From positions 1,612,001-1,676,000 of the forward strand of contig OY986949.1 in the NCBI GenBank assembly GCA_963920595.1: a stretch of DNA of 64,000 nt, read 5' to 3'. A program made the translations under genes and the position numbers. Positions 1 through 13,215 of the stretch are shown here, in pieces. The DNA comes from Eimeria praecox (Eukaryota). Position 1 is the stretch's first letter. Every line of letters starts with the position of its first letter. The notes below the pieces were generated by a model. That model worked only from the letters and a program-made list of their open reading frames with translations. It made no database searches and was not told where the DNA came from.

Positions 1-52
1 TGAGTAACATATTAACTCTAGAGTTTGCGGATATCTCCCTCCCACGCACAGA

Positions 53-2216
53 ATGGCGGCTCTTGGCCGTGCATGGCCCTTCTTAGCGGCCCTCGTCGCG
101 TTCCTGTTCTTTACGGACCCATCCCCACAACATTTCGGCTGTCTACAGACTGAAGCAAGCATGGCAGAACGCCGTGTGGTGAGCGCTAAGCTGCTTAGGT
201 TGTGCCCTAATCTCTGCTATGAGCCCGGGTTCCTGTATCCCTCAGTTCTCTAGACACGTCAGTGTCTTTAGGTGCGTGCATACATTGCACTGGGGTTAGC
301 TGTGTATGCATTGAATGTTGAGTTTAATGCGTTATGTGGGTTTATGGGTGCAGGGCAAACCGCGCGCCAGGGGCCTGAGGAAGGTTTCCACTTTCCCCAG
401 AACGAAGACGACGCAGGCACCTCGTCGCAGCCCCGGCCTTCAGGCCCCACGGCCATCACCACCTATGCCGCAGCATCCTCCAGTACAGCAGCGTTCCGTT
501 CTTCGCATTAGCACCTCGGAGACCCCTTCATCAACACTGACTTCCCACAGCCCACCTTCGCAGGCCCCTTTAGGTACAAGGACTCAGCATCCGCCAGCCC
601 CGCTGACGCATGCTCAGGGCCCCACTCAAACTGCTCCCAACCAGGCAGCTGCATCGTCTTCGGCTCCTTGGTCACTCACGCAGCCAGCTGCAGCATCAGG
701 GACCCCCCAGCAGGCTGGTACTGCGGCGAATCTAAGGGGCTTTCAGCAACCTGCCACAGAAACCCCAGCAACCGGAGTAGGGGCTCTTCAGAAGCCTGGT
801 GCTCCGATGACAGCAGCATCAGGGGCCTCTCCTCAGTCTGCTGCGCAGCCCACAGCTGCCGCAGCTGGATCCGCTCTTCCAGCTGCCCCTTCGAAGACAG
901 TTGAAGCATCGGGCTTTCAACAACCTGCTGCTATGGGCCGTGAGGGTGTGATGCCCCCCAAAACTGCTGCAGCCTCACCGCAGACCGCTGCTGTCCCACA
1001 GCCTCCTGCTGGAGCATTCGCTGATTCCACTCCAGCGAAGCCTCTCCAGACCCCAGGTAGTGGCTTCTCTCAGCAGCCGCCTTCTGCTTACCCCTACCAA
1101 ATGACTGGTCAGCAGCATACAGGCTACGCGTATGGATCACCGCAAGCATACCCGCCTGTTGCTGGTCAAGGGGTCCCTGCAGCTCCGGGTGTATATCCAG
1201 GGCATTCATACGCGGCGGGATACCAGGCCCCCCAGGCAGCACCTGCTGCAGCCCCAGCCTCAGCAGTAGCTCCGGCCAGCGGGGGCCCATCCCTTACGCG
1301 TACTGTTCTCACATCAGCTGTAGGATCTGCTGTGGGAAGTATGGTCGGCACAGCCGTTGCAAGCTCCATCATGCATAATTCTTCGGGCTCAAAGGAAGCG
1401 GGCTCCTCAGCAGCTGCAGCCCCCGCTGCAGCTACCCCAGCGGCCGGCGAAGACAGCAGCAGCAAAAGCACCGATGCCAGCAAGACTGCCGGCTCCAGCG
1501 ACACCAACAACAGCAGCAACGGTGACATCACCACCATCAACAGCAACGGCAACTACACCATCACCGCCGATAACAACGGCAATATCCCCACCAGCAGCAG
1601 CACTACCAGCAGCGGCAGCAACGACGAAACCCTTACAGCAAGTAATCCCGTCACGGGACAAGAGATGTCACCAGCGTTGCAGAAGGGAGTCAGCCTTCCG
1701 CTCTTCTTTTTAGGAGTGAGCGAAAACGAATTAGAAAGCAGTGTTAAGGGGCCGCATGCTTTCGGCCAGCAAGTGCAGGACGCCGTGGTTCAGGCACTGG
1801 GGGTTCCTGCCACTCGTATCACTCTGGAGGAGGTGTCTGTGAAGAAAGTGAATAGCACCAGCACAACCAGCAGCGACAAAGAGACTGCTAACGTCACCGT
1901 CCGTCTCGCTGTCCACCCCGATGGGAAGATGGCCTCGTCAGAGCCTACAGCTGGCGACTTAGCCGCAGAAGTGAGGCGACAGTTGGAGCAGCCGACCAGC
2001 TACCTCTCTCGGCTGTTGCGTTCTGCCTTCTCTGAGCTGCCGTCCCCCGTCACTGTGGATACAGGGGCTGTTCTGGCTGCTAGCGCTGCAGGAGATGGGA
2101 AGGCGAGCGGTGTAGCGGCGGCAGCGACAGCTGCCAATGGAGGCTCCCCCCAAGGTGCAGCAGGGTTGCACTGTTTGTTGCTGCTGCTGGGGAGCACTAT
2201 TATCCTGTGGATATGA
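53..2216 (+). CDS. Secreted, probably GPI-anchored mucin-like surface protein (Pro/Ala/Gln/Ser/Thr-rich) with C-terminal SEA-like domain
   Basis: Exon 53-178 encodes a signal-peptide-like N-terminus (MAALGRAWPFLAALVAFLFF) and ends at donor GTGAGC (179). The simplest model joins it in phase 0 to the acceptor CAG at 351-353, giving exon 354-2216; an alternative 246-271 + 512-2216 model also keeps frame. The C-terminus has small residues followed by a hydrophobic tail (AAGLHCLLLLLGSTIILWI*), typical of a GPI signal. Globular segment LPLFFLGV...VVQALGVPATRITLEEV...NVTVRLAV...LAAEVRRQL at about 1695-2020. Confidence 0.7.
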
Positions 2217-3101
2217 GTTGAGCTAGGATAAAGGGCTATAGGGGTTGCCGAATGCACCTCATTTGCAGGGTCACCTCGCCGTCTAGAGGCCCTCCAGTGC
2301 AGAGAGTGTATACGGCTCTTCGCCCAACGCGTATTTTTAAGACGCACCTTACAGGAAAAACAACCAGCAGGCCGATGTTGCGTTTTCCCCTCATGGCCGC
2401 CCGCGGGCAGAAGTTGCTGCTACCCCGAGTGGCAGCCTACGAGGAAGAAGACGACGCAGATCATCCGAGTCTGTACAGTTCGCTAGACGCATCTTTGCCC
2501 AGTACCAGCAGCCCCCTCTGTTGCTTCTCCGATTGTTTCCGCGCATGCAGTCGTGCATTGTTGCGGGCAGTCGAGGGGGAAGGTAAACCCTTTTAAAGGC
2601 TGTGTATGCAACACCTGGTCTATATGTCATTAAGTGTAGTGGTGCTCGTGAGGTTGCCTTGCTTTGTTAAAGCTGCATTTGTTTCGTAGGTAAGCTGCTC
2701 TGTCAGTAAACCGCTCTTCAGATGCAGCCGTTCCTCCTTTGTTAGTCAAAAGCCTGACGACCGACAGAGCAACAAACAATGTCTGCTCGGCAGACTAACT
2801 GGCTAGCCAGCAGGTAGCTGGCTAGCAACGGCAGGTAGCTATTCTCCAACCTTCTCTGTGAGCCAGCACAGATGAAGCTATAGAGGGTTGCGGGTGGCTG
2901 CTTCGCCACTTTCTCCTTATCTGTGCCTGCCGTTTCCTCCCTGGCGTGTCCTTTCTCAACCCGTGTTTCTCTATTTCACATTTAGCCTTAAACCATAGTA
3001 TCACAGTGGGCCTTCGGCTGCGAAGGCATTGTGTCCGCCGTAGACTGCACGCATATTAGCTACACTTTCATAGGGCCCCTCAGAGATTGTCTATGTCAGT
3101 C

Positions 3102-6100
3102 CTAGGCTGCAAATATATCTTCAACGTCGTCAACGGGCGCAGCCTGTGCTTTGATCTTGTTCAACTCCTGAAGGCACTTCTGTCTTAAGGCCTCGTCCAG
3201 CGTGCCATCAGGAAGAACGTCCTGCCTTTGGTAAAATTGAATATACGACTCTGCATACACAACATACACCGCCCCCTTGCTGCAAATGCACATTGTAGAG
3301 GGATATGCATGTTGAATTCAACGTCACAACACACTACAATTCCCTTAATGCTTTCACGTGCATGCATTTAATATGCCGCATAACGCCGGCAATGAAGAAA
3401 AGGCTGCCGCACCTGAGAGCGCAACGAACTGAGGAAGTACAGGGGTGACGCGCAGATCTTCCATTTCGTGCCACTCGTTCGTTGGCTGCAATCAAACAGT
3501 ATCGAACTCAGATGACAAATAATGACGAAAACGCAAAACTATACACCCCAATATGTAGAAAAATACAAGTTGACGCCATTTTCTTGAGACGGGAAATGTG
3601 CGCTGCTCTGAATGTTTGCCTCCGCCCTCTTTCATTATTCGCATTCTATACTACGACGTGCCCTAGAGTGGCTTCAGTAATGCCAGCACATGGCATGATC
3701 AAGTTAAATACAATTCTAAAGAGGTTCTCGTATCTGCCACGGGCGGCCCTTCCTGCGCGCGCTAAAGCCTATGCCTAAGCCCACGAATAGGAAACAAAAG
3801 CACTTACCGCATGCAGCACCTGAGCCTTATAAAACCCATCATGAGGCTTCCCCTGGTGGCATATATTAGCCACGAGGTTGTACCTCGTCACTGGGTTATC
3901 TTCAAGTGCATCGGGATGCACGTCTGAGAAGCAGCAGCAGTCCACAGACAGTTAGTTGTGTTATGAATCACAACAGCCAACGAAGCAAACTCCTGTACCC
4001 TCTTGAAGTGTACATGCAGAGACCTGCAAAAGCTAACTGTTTGCCATCTGTCAACTATACATAAAACAAGGACGAACTTGAATACACATGCTTCGTGCAG
4101 CTAGAGGTACACACACTGTTAGCTCAAGAGCAAAAGCTACCCAAAACGACTATGTCACAGGCAGAAAGTAAATGATCTATGGGCTTCAATCAATAAACAA
4201 AGGGTTTATTCCTGCACAGGGGTGATATTCTCACATTCCCGAAGGTCCAGGTTCTTCACTGGGAAGGTGACGATCGTCGGATTTTTTTCAATGAAAAAAT
4301 TGTTCTTCGAAAACCTCTTGACAGCGAGGACCAAATAACGTGGCAGTTTCCATAGATTACACTTTTTGCGTTGAAGAGGATTGGGTCCCTAAGGAAGAAG
4401 GCAAAGGCTTGGTTTAGGCTATGAACAAACACGTCCTCACCCGGGTTCATACAGAAACCAATGTTGTTTGTTCCACCACATTTAATACACCACTTATACA
4501 TGCTTCGCTCCTGTTTCCCAAGTGCTGCACACCATGTACAACCCAATTTGCTGCTCACGCTGTCAGTCTCTCCGTCAAATTTCTGCAGCAGATCAAAGAT
4601 GGGTACCTGCGCAACATCACAAGGACGCTCACCCAAGCTTTTCACCTGAATATCCAAAGTTTTCCTATCCTCGCGAGAATCGCATGTTAAGACACAAAGC
4701 CCTTGCTTGCAGCAACCAGCCAAACAGCCGATGCTTCGAAACTTGCATATGCATGCACCGCAAAATGATACATCTACAGCATACGGGGAAGTACAAATTT
4801 ACTGCCTCCTAGTAAACATGCTGCAATTATATTATGATTGAACACCCCTGTAACTCGGGCTTCGCTTACCGTCGGAATCATGTTACGATCAAGAGAGTCC
4901 TTAAAAATCGGAGCAGGAGGTAGGTCAAGTGTCAAATACCTGGACGAAACGGCAACACAAGAGCAAAAGTAAACAAGCATATCCATAGGCAAAACCCCGA
5001 TGAACGCATCATGCACTGCACGCCCGCACGTTCTGTCCGTGCGTAGGTTTGCTTCACATTTCTCGGCTTTCGTGCCGTCGCCACTCTCTCTCTTTGCCTG
5101 TCCTGTCTGTATACTTTCTCGTATGATTGCAGTTCATTTGGAACAGCGGAAACAAACGAGAAACCAACAAAAGCTACGAAGCGATACGCTTATGATCTAA
5201 TCTACTGGCGTGTATGTGTATGCCTGTGTGAAGCAAACCCACAGAAATGGGGTTTGTTTCGTATCGTCGCTTTGCACATCTGTAACGAGGACTTCGCCCT
5301 GAAAGCACTGATGAATGATAGAGTCTAACACACACAAGGACAACACACAGACCATCAATCTGAATCCTAAGTACATACTGCAAAGAAGCTGTCCACGCAA
5401 GCAAAGAAATGCCTACTAGCGAATGTTCGCTTGTTCAGTAGTTAATGCATGCATGCTAGCCTACAAGTATGCAGACCAGGCTTTGCATATGCGCGTTACA
5501 CAAGCATCTTGCTCTTTGTTTCCTGAATGTATCAGTGAAGACATAGCCATTTTACGTATTGTTTCTCGAACCCACCCCCGGTCTTTCTGTCCCGCTGGTC
5601 TCGGTGCAGCACATTCAACAGCCATGCTAGCAGAGCCAAAGGATCTGCTTGCTCCCCAATGCGAAACTTCTTCTGACTTTCCACGCCTACTGCCTGAAGA
5701 AAGCCCCGAAAACACTTGTTTTGAGCACATAATTCTACACCGTTACAAGCAATGCATGCACGTATGCATGCATGCATGCATGCATGCATGCATGTGCAAG
5801 AGGCAAACACAGAGGCATAGTCGTACATACATACAGCTAGAGGAAAGCAAAGACGAGCAATCAACCATTATCCTAGTAAGGATGCCCTAGAAGAAGCTGA
5901 ACGCACCTGCAGGAACTCGTGGGGGGAGACGATTCCCTTGAAGTTTCTTCTGTTGAATATTTTTCGTATTAACTCGGACAGCGTTTTGAGAACCGGGTTA
6001 AACTTCTGTTTATGCGACAAGTCCAACAGCAGCAAGAAATTCCGCAGCGGTATAACCGTACACAGACTCTGCGCAGCCCCAACGCACTCGCGCATGCACA

Positions 6101-7295
6101 CGGAATGAAATACAGTCCCTCAATTACGAAGCGAGCGTACATACACTGCAGCTCTGCATGCACGAAAAGAAGAGGTTGCAGGTCAGGAGGCGTTTAAGGA
6201 GCAGCTGCTGCTCGGCTAGACAGCCACCAACCTGAATTATAACGGCAAAGAAATCCGTCTTGCTTAAGTTGTTTAGCCCAACACAACCCGGCAGATAATC
6301 GGCCCCATCGAGAGATTTACCATAGAAAACCTCCGTAGACAGCCGAGCCACATCTTCTGAAGTGTACGTGGGGTTCAAGTTGTACTGAGAGTTTGCACAC
6401 ACAGACCCCCACCCACTCGGTCCACAGCCCATACAAACCCTAAATCTAAACCCTAATTCCTAAGCCACTCAGCTGTTGGCACCGTACTCAACAATAAACC
6501 CAACCTGTACAATTCTAACGGGAGACTTGCTAATATAAGCCCCAAACCCTAAACCCTAAACCCTAAACCCTAAGCTTTGGGGACTGAAACTGGGGGTATG
6601 TCGTAGTAGCTCACAATGATGTCTTGCAGAGAGTAGTCCTGGACTTCATAGTTATCTGGGAGACAATAAACTTTACACGTTGTGAGATTTACGTACACGA
6701 AGTGTCTCTGCTCCAGCGCATGCATGAATGCAAACGTTGATCTTCCACGCCCTGCATCACAGCAGGCCCCACACGTACACCCGACTTCATTTGTCGAATA
6801 TGCATGCGTGCGGCTGTCGTACTGCTCATATAACAGAGGATGAAACTAAAGGAGAGGGAAGGGTGAGATCGCACCCTGGAAGTAGCGGCCGCACACGAGG
6901 CACGCGTAGACGTGCTGGTTGGAGAGACAAATACTGCAAACCTTCTCAAAGTCGAAGTCAAGCATATGTTTGTTTATAGTACCAAGATACGGACAAGTTC
7001 TTCTCACGCGTTTCTGAGCTGAAGCAGCGCTGCTGCTGCTGAGGCTGCTGCTATCGCCACTGCTGCTGTTGCTACTGCTGTTGCTGCTGCTGTTGCTGTC
7101 GACGCTGCTGCTGTTGCTGCTGCTGTTGCTGTCCCCGCTGCTGCTGCTGCTGTTGCTGCTTCCGGTCGGGGCCTCTGATGATGGAGGATCAGTTTCTGTA
7201 GGATTCGGGCGTTTAACGCCCGCAGGAGCTCCCGATGCTTCGGGTGATTCTGCTGGGGCCTCAGCCCTTGGCTCTGAGCCGCCTGCTTCCGGCAT
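3102..7295 (-). CDS. USP39: U4/U6.U5 tri-snRNP-associated protein 2 (USP39/Sad1), inactive ubiquitin-specific protease
   Basis: 12 exons, all GT-AG and phase-consistent: 7295-6875, 6751-6615, 6384-6232, 6068-5907, 5693-5576, 5324-5243, 4939-4870, 4606-4559, 4388-4235, 3923-3808, 3485-3413, 3250-3102. ZnF-UBP CPYLGTINKHMLDFDFEKVCSICLSNQHVYACLVCGRYFQGRG; YCLPDNYEV; YLPGCVGLNNLSKTDF (Asp at the catalytic Cys position); NFKGIVSPHEFLQ; LTLDLPPAPIFKD; KRFSKNNFFIEKNPTIVTFP; ESYIQFY. Confidence 0.96.
6544..6573. repeat. Interstitial telomere-like (AAACCCT)n, USP39 intron 2
   Basis: Four clean units; a degenerate copy lies at about 6435-6460. Confidence 0.95.
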
Positions 7296-10200
7296 TTTTA
7301 TCTATTTTCTCTCCACTCTGTCCCTCAAAACTAATGAATTAAGTGCTAGTGTCTAAGCAATATGCGTATATATGTTTGCTTCCCATGTACGGCCAGTGGA
7401 TGCGATCGGACCTGGCCTCTCTCTCATGGGGGCCCTAGGGTTTCAGGCCGTCAAGGCTGAAACAAACAGCACTTCACTACAGATGCCTTTGTTTCAATAC
7501 CCCATTATCTTAAAACCCATATTTTCGCAGAAACCTTTCTCGCTCTACTCCTCACGTACCGCTCAGACCTCCTCTCTCTCGCCTTAGGGCCTCTTCCTCC
7601 CTGGGGGCCCTGCATGCGCCACCAGAGCTGAGCACAGCCCCGCAATTGACACCATACGCTACTGCATTTCTCTTTAATATAGGCTGATGAAATATAACAG
7701 GAAGAAAGCTGAATAAGCAATTAAGGCCGTTGTTAACTCGGATACACGAGAATCACGCTCCGCCTATAGGGCAGACTGAGGCTGTACACTATTGCATTGC
7801 AGGGTTGTGAAACATGTGTCTGTACGTCAGCATCGATCCCCCTACAAAGCCTTTTTGTTTTGTTTGTTGATCCTGGGCCTACGTTGTTTCCCATGATCTT
7901 GGGTTTCATGTGCAGCTATCCTGATCTGCATGAGAACCCGACAAGCCAAGCCCCCGAGCTCTAATTGCAGGCTAGCTTGTGTGGCCTGTCATGTTGGCGT
8001 TCTGTTTGTTTCTTTCTACATGCTTGCAATTTAACTACTGTTGAGGACCAAGCAAACGTTTTAACGAGTGTCTACAATTCCCTCGTATTCAACTATAAGC
8101 GATTCTTCCTTTGAATCCTCTGCCTGCATGCGTAGCTTCGCGTCCGCCGACGATTCCAGCGTAGGCGTTTCTGCAAATTACAAAATCTGTCTGCCCTCCC
8201 CATCATTATTTTCAGCTCTTGCAACTACTCCCATAATGTATGGAAGCTTTAAGGGGGAGGGGGGGGGGGGGCGGGGGGGGGGGGTTATAAGTTTCCCTTG
8301 CACTCAGAGCTTAAGTTTGTGTTTCTTGAACTCAGTGAGCTCATGCAGCTAACCTCTTCAGCTTACGACTTAGCCCTTAAACTATCGTATGAGCCCGATC
8401 TCCCGCACAGTGCTGTTGTCAACTAGAGTGATATACAGCGTACTATATACCCCCTAAAATCTATTCGAAGCTAATCACTTGGATTTCATGGCATGAGATA
8501 CCAAACAGGCGAACACGCACTCAGCCCCAGCACTATCCCCCACATGATGATGTCGAATTTCAACGCCTCTTTCCCCCTCTCTCCCCCCTCCTCCTCGTAT
8601 ACACCAACACACAAATAGACTTGTATAGCTGCGTGTGTTTGTGAGGCATCTCGGCCTTACGTGATGATACATTATACAGTAGTATTTGTGTGTGTACGTG
8701 ATAGCTTCACTAAGTGAATAACCGGGTTGGTTGGAAGGCGCTAAATTCCCCTCATCCCACCCAATTTAAACTTGCCAGTAACACAAATTAAGGAGAAACC
8801 TACAGTAAGGGGGTGGAGCATTCCTCCACCTACAGACACGAGCCGCTGCAACCGCCTTAAAGAAACGTATACAATACAGAGAAAGCTACACTAAGGGGAG
8901 AATTAAAGCATGGGGAAGATATTAGTAGTAGCCAAAACTGAAATCAAAAACTTACTTGCCGCAGCCCAGAACACCAGCACCATCAAAACCAGGCAGAAAT
9001 ACATACATTTCGTGGGGAGCCGGAACTAGATCATATAGGCCTTAGAAGGGCATCACTACAAAGAAGCAATCCGCATTTCTGTGTGGGCCAGCAGTCCCAA
9101 CGAGGCAAACAGTGCGCGTATTGTACACCTCAGCACATAACACTCGCTGATCAGGTTACTAAAGGGAGGAGCTCACAGCCAGTCCACTCCCTCTCCGATT
9201 TGCTCCTCTCCTCCTTATCTTGCGTTGAGCTCTCGGCTTCTGATTTGGCTTCAACAGCCGCCACAGAGTTCAACGCATGCATATGAGATGTATGTGCTGC
9301 ACGGTTTACAGCCCCAGCAGGCGTTTCTGCTGCAGCCAAGATTTCCGCGGAGGGAGTTGAGAGGAACAAATCGAAGACGAGGAGGCTCGTAGCCTTTCGC
9401 CTTGCCACGAAAGCCTCAGGAGCCACCGGACGTCATAGGCTCGTGTCGAACAACAGTTTCATCCGCCAGCGAGTTTGAGTACATGAATAAAAGACGCAAG
9501 AACTGATGCGCGCAGCATTTGTATTTAGCCACTTGCAGATACACTATATATATATATATATATAACCACATATAACGGACAAAAACAGCAGGCCATGGAT
9601 TCCCCGAATGCATGCGTAATTCAAGTACGACAGAGGCGAAACACGGAGGATGAAAGATGATCGCCCATGGTGGAAGTGTGCTGCTTAAAACACCACTTCA
9701 TGAATTGACACTTATTTAAAAAGCAATTAATGCGGTAATACTTGAAATGAAGCCACCAACACCCACAGATCCTGCAAAATGTGTATGGTACGCCGCACCA
9801 CCGCGCAGCGAAGCCAAGGCTCCAAAGACTGGTGTATGGGAAACAAGAAAGAAATGATACGATTAAAGAATATAATTACCATTAAGTTATAGTTAAAAGA
9901 AAGACAGATTGCTGCATGCCTGCGTCTAATCACCCCAATTGACTGTTCGCGCCTGTCAGGTACAGGGAGGGCAGGTGCTGTTGGCTGCGCATGCAGCCCG
10001 TTGACCTCAAGCAATTATTTGCGATGAATTTTAGAAATTCCTTACCATATATTCATGTTAATGAGTGTTTAGTACAACTAAATCGAATTCCTAGCGTAAC
10101 ATGTGTTTTCCCTCCTTAGTTTCACTATCAGCACCCCGTCCGCATTGAATATATGCGTTGCCTGGTGATTGCCGTTGATATTGCAGCTTAGCAGCCCCTG

Positions 10201-11376
10201 AAAATTACTATGTGATCCTATATTATGAACTGTACCTTGCTTGTACTGGAGGGAGAGTACTAAGAACGCATTCGCAGCCCCCTCCTATAGTAAGGGTTCG
10301 CGGTTTTAATAGATCAATGTCGGGAGCTGTATTGCTGTTGACAACGACTTTGTATTATAGTTGCCCTCCAGATAGGCTGGTGAACTCTACTGCAGTTGCC
10401 AGGCGTCCTAAGCACGGGATCACAGGGGCTTGGGGCTGATGATGCTGAGAGGAGGCAGACTCTGTCGTGAGTAGCAACAAACCTTGCTGTAGCTATTCCT
10501 GCAAGGGAAACCCAGACGCCAGCGCAGCTAAGCTGCCCTCGCTGCATGCTCCCAAATAGTAGTAGAAAATTGTTGAACACGTTCGTCTTTCACACTATTC
10601 AGGCTGCACGTTCGACTTTGAGAAAAATAAAGCAACCTTCCCTCCCCCCCCGAACCGAACGCCGCCCCTCACACCGTAACACTGCTACATCTGCTTGGCT
10701 ATCTACGATAAGGACAAGAGAAGAAGAAGAGACAGCTCAGGATAACACAATCAATCCTTCGTAAATACCGCAAGGCAACGAAGTCTGCGCTTCCGGTCGT
10801 GCCTGTTTCCTATGTTTCTGATCCCCTTCTCAATACTGTCACTGATATTTGTCTTAGTCAAATATCATCCCACTAACTAGCTAATTAGCTCGTAGCTTCT
10901 ACTAGACAGTTTCCTCTTCGAAAGAAAAGTTTGTCTGTTCGTGGCAGCTAGTTCTAGCTGCCTGCTGTCGTCTATGGACAGCCAAATAGGCACATGAATA
11001 GGCGGGCTCTGAAGCCCATAAGATGATTCCTCAGTGCAGTTTTGCACAGCATATAAACACAGAACACATAAAGAAAACACCCTTAAGGGCTCCTCTCCCT
11101 GGCCAGTCGTTGGCCTGAGAGCAGCAATACTAGAAAGCCCAGGGCTAGAAGATATAGGCGCTGCCATCTTGGTATTGTAGTGTTTTGGCAGCAGAAAACA
11201 AACACAGAGAAAACAAAAAAGACGAGGATCTAAAGTGCGAATAGTGTATGGGGAATAACTAAAACTGAAACAACAAAACTAAGTGTAATAACAAAGATGA
11301 AACGATCGAAAATGGGTTCAGAACAAGGACAAGATGAGATGTGTGAATATGAATATGAAAAGATATGCATGCACTA

Positions 11377-12980
11377 TTAATTGCATCGCCTCCAGACCCC
11401 TGTTATAAACTCGAGGGCAACCCTTGCTTGAAAGCTTTGGTCTACGTACAGCTGATCTGGGATTGTCTGTTCTGTTTGTTTACAGCCTTTACTTCTGAAC
11501 ATATTTCGTAGAAACTTGCTGCAAACGGTGCCTATGAGGGGCCAGAAGGCTTCTTGAAAGAGATTGTGGCCTCCCCTACTCACTACAGCGTACGTACAGT
11601 TGGGATTGTACTTAGGTACTGTAGCAGCAGCCCTACAAACCGCCAATGGCTCGACAATGGGATCATCCAGTGCATGCAGACACAGAAGGGGCACAGGGGC
11701 CAAGAGCATATGAGGCAAACACGTTGTGAGGGCGTAATACACCCGAGTACAGGCAAGAGGAGAAGAAGGAGTAAAGCATAGCGATAAATGCGTCAAAAGG
11801 TCTATCTCCCGCAGAGTAGATGTCTGAAAAATACAAACAAAGACAATCAAATGTGATGTCATGTCAGTGACCATAATGCCCTTCCTTCTCTGCTGCTACT
11901 TGCACAGAGCAAACTCGAAGAAAACAACAACACAAGCAGTGTATAAGCATACACAGGAACACCAATAGCGCATGCATGCAGCCCCAAAAGCTATGGTGTG
12001 TGCAAGATCATAACATATATGCTGCTTCAACAGGACAGACATACAGCCAGCGATTTCTGTGGCTTTCTCATATATATCATGTTTCTATGCATGCATACAG
12101 ACAGACAGACACACCATCTGAGAGAGGGAGACTAGGCCAGGGTCAAGCCCTTTGCTGACGTAGCTGGTGCTAGGCTCAAGCCATTGTTTAACTTTATACA
12201 TCTTCAACATCGTCTGTTTACATAAACGCCCTGTTACGCCTGAGGCCTTATCCAAAGACCTAATGCAGCTGCACACATAGTATACATATCCCACCCCGCC
12301 ACAAACCCTAAACCCTAAACCCTAAACCCTAAACCCCTTCGAGAAACATCCCTCTCGTGACATCATTCGCACTCAATATTGAGCTTTCCGTCTCTGTCTG
12401 AAAACCCAGAAGCCCACTGAGTCTGCCTCCTTTACACTCCTCAGACCGTCAGACACAGGGTTTAGGGTTTAGGGTTTAGGGTTTTTATGGTTGGTAAGGG
12501 TGTGTCGGGCCGTGGGGTGTCTGTACACCTGACCTGTCTAGACACATGGCGTTGGAGATAGTGACGGCGCCCTTAATAAACCTCAGCCATTCTAAAGAAG
12601 GTAGATATTCACTAGCAACAGCAGCAGCTAAATCACGGCAGAAATGGGATGGTTCCATGGGGTGTTTGCTGCTGCGTTTGCTGCTGTTGCTGTTGTTGCT
12701 GCTGTTGCTGCTAGGTGTCTCTGCAGCTGTGCTTTGTCTAGGGTCTTTGCTGCTGTTGTTTGTCTGCTGCTGCTGCTGCTGCTGCTCTAGCTGCTGCATC
12801 GCCTGCTGCAATCCTAAAGACCCTAGCAATCGTAATATAGCACATGATCCCATAGAGTACCCCATCACGAAAACAGGGGGAATGAAGTCGTTAGGAATAG
12901 ATTTTAAGAAGGCTTCTTCTTCTCCCTCCATTATCATCTTACAGAATGCCTCATCTACTTCATTCATCGTTAACACTGCC

Positions 12981-13015
<35 letters not shown>

Positions 13016-13184
13016 GTGCTGGTGCTGGTGCTGATGGTGGTGGTGGTGCTCTTGCTGCTTCCGTTGATGCTGTTGTTGCTGGTGGTGGTGTTGCTGCTGC
13101 TGCTGCTGCTGCGTCGTGCTTGCATGGCTGCGACGGCGACGATGCGGCTCTTTGGCTTGGTCTGAAGCACTGCTGCGCTGTCTG

Positions 13185-13215
<31 letters not shown>

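Noticed and set aside
6232..6300. USP lacking the catalytic Cys and His as a pseudogene
   Set aside because: This is the normal state of USP39/Sad1, and all exons are in frame.
12340..12397. Cassette exon between the inverted telomere arrays
   Set aside because: With the available donor phases it runs into stop codons and has no family motif.
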